Below are positions 63,921 to 64,000 of a stretch of 64,000 bases of DNA, one piece after another. Positions within the stretch are counted from its first letter, which is position 1; each line of letters starts with the position of its first letter. Source of the stretch: Kudoa neothunni (lineage: Eukaryota; Animalia; Cnidaria); the NCBI GenBank assembly GCA_964304625.1, contig OZ199838.1, forward strand, positions 9,815,741-9,879,740, read 5' to 3'. The notes under the pieces were generated by a model. It saw only the letters and a list, made by a program, of their open reading frames with translations, had not been told where the DNA came from and did no database searches. A program made the translations under genes and the position numbers.

Positions 63921-64000
63921 GGACTTTACATATTATTGAATATTGTAAACAGACCGAAATTTGTATTTATAACCATCTTTTATTATGCGTGGTGCGATAC

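Noticed and set aside
1-64000. CRISPR arrays, rRNA, operons or prokaryotic defence systems
   Set aside because: No regularly spaced repeats or rRNA-like sequence. Spliceosomal introns and the gene content show a eukaryotic locus, and the IS-like ORFs are Merlin elements.

Overview
AT-rich eukaryotic (animal) nuclear DNA, not prokaryotic. Genes are highly divergent, many have tiny (about 40-70 nt) GT-AG introns, and they sit among many decayed DNA transposons. This fits a reduced, fast-evolving metazoan such as a myxozoan or similar parasite, though the taxon is inference only. Host genes I can support: a partial M1 aminopeptidase (-), an intronless APC4-like gene head-to-head with cyclophilin E (RRM+PPIase), a second cyclophilin with a signal-peptide-like N-terminus that looks derived from cyclophilin E, a divergent noggin-like gene, MAD1, a secreted Ly6/three-finger protein, an AROS/RPS19BP1-like gene, Unkempt, BOP1 and mitoribosomal mL37. 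Several of these only appear after manual splicing. Mobile DNA includes a Buster-type hAT with a Mutator nested inside it, a second hAT with a perfect 8-bp TSD, piggyBac, two Merlin/ISXO2 elements, mariner, Tigger remnants, several MITEs and a tRNA-derived SINE family. The most interesting items are the secreted cyclophilin-E paralogue, the secreted three-finger protein, the noggin-like gene with a truncated cystine knot, a recurrent NRF1-like motif at housekeeping gene starts, and a split between an intronless block and an intron-dense block. I found no single clear-cut novel multi-gene system. All homology calls come from recognising motifs by eye, not from database searches.
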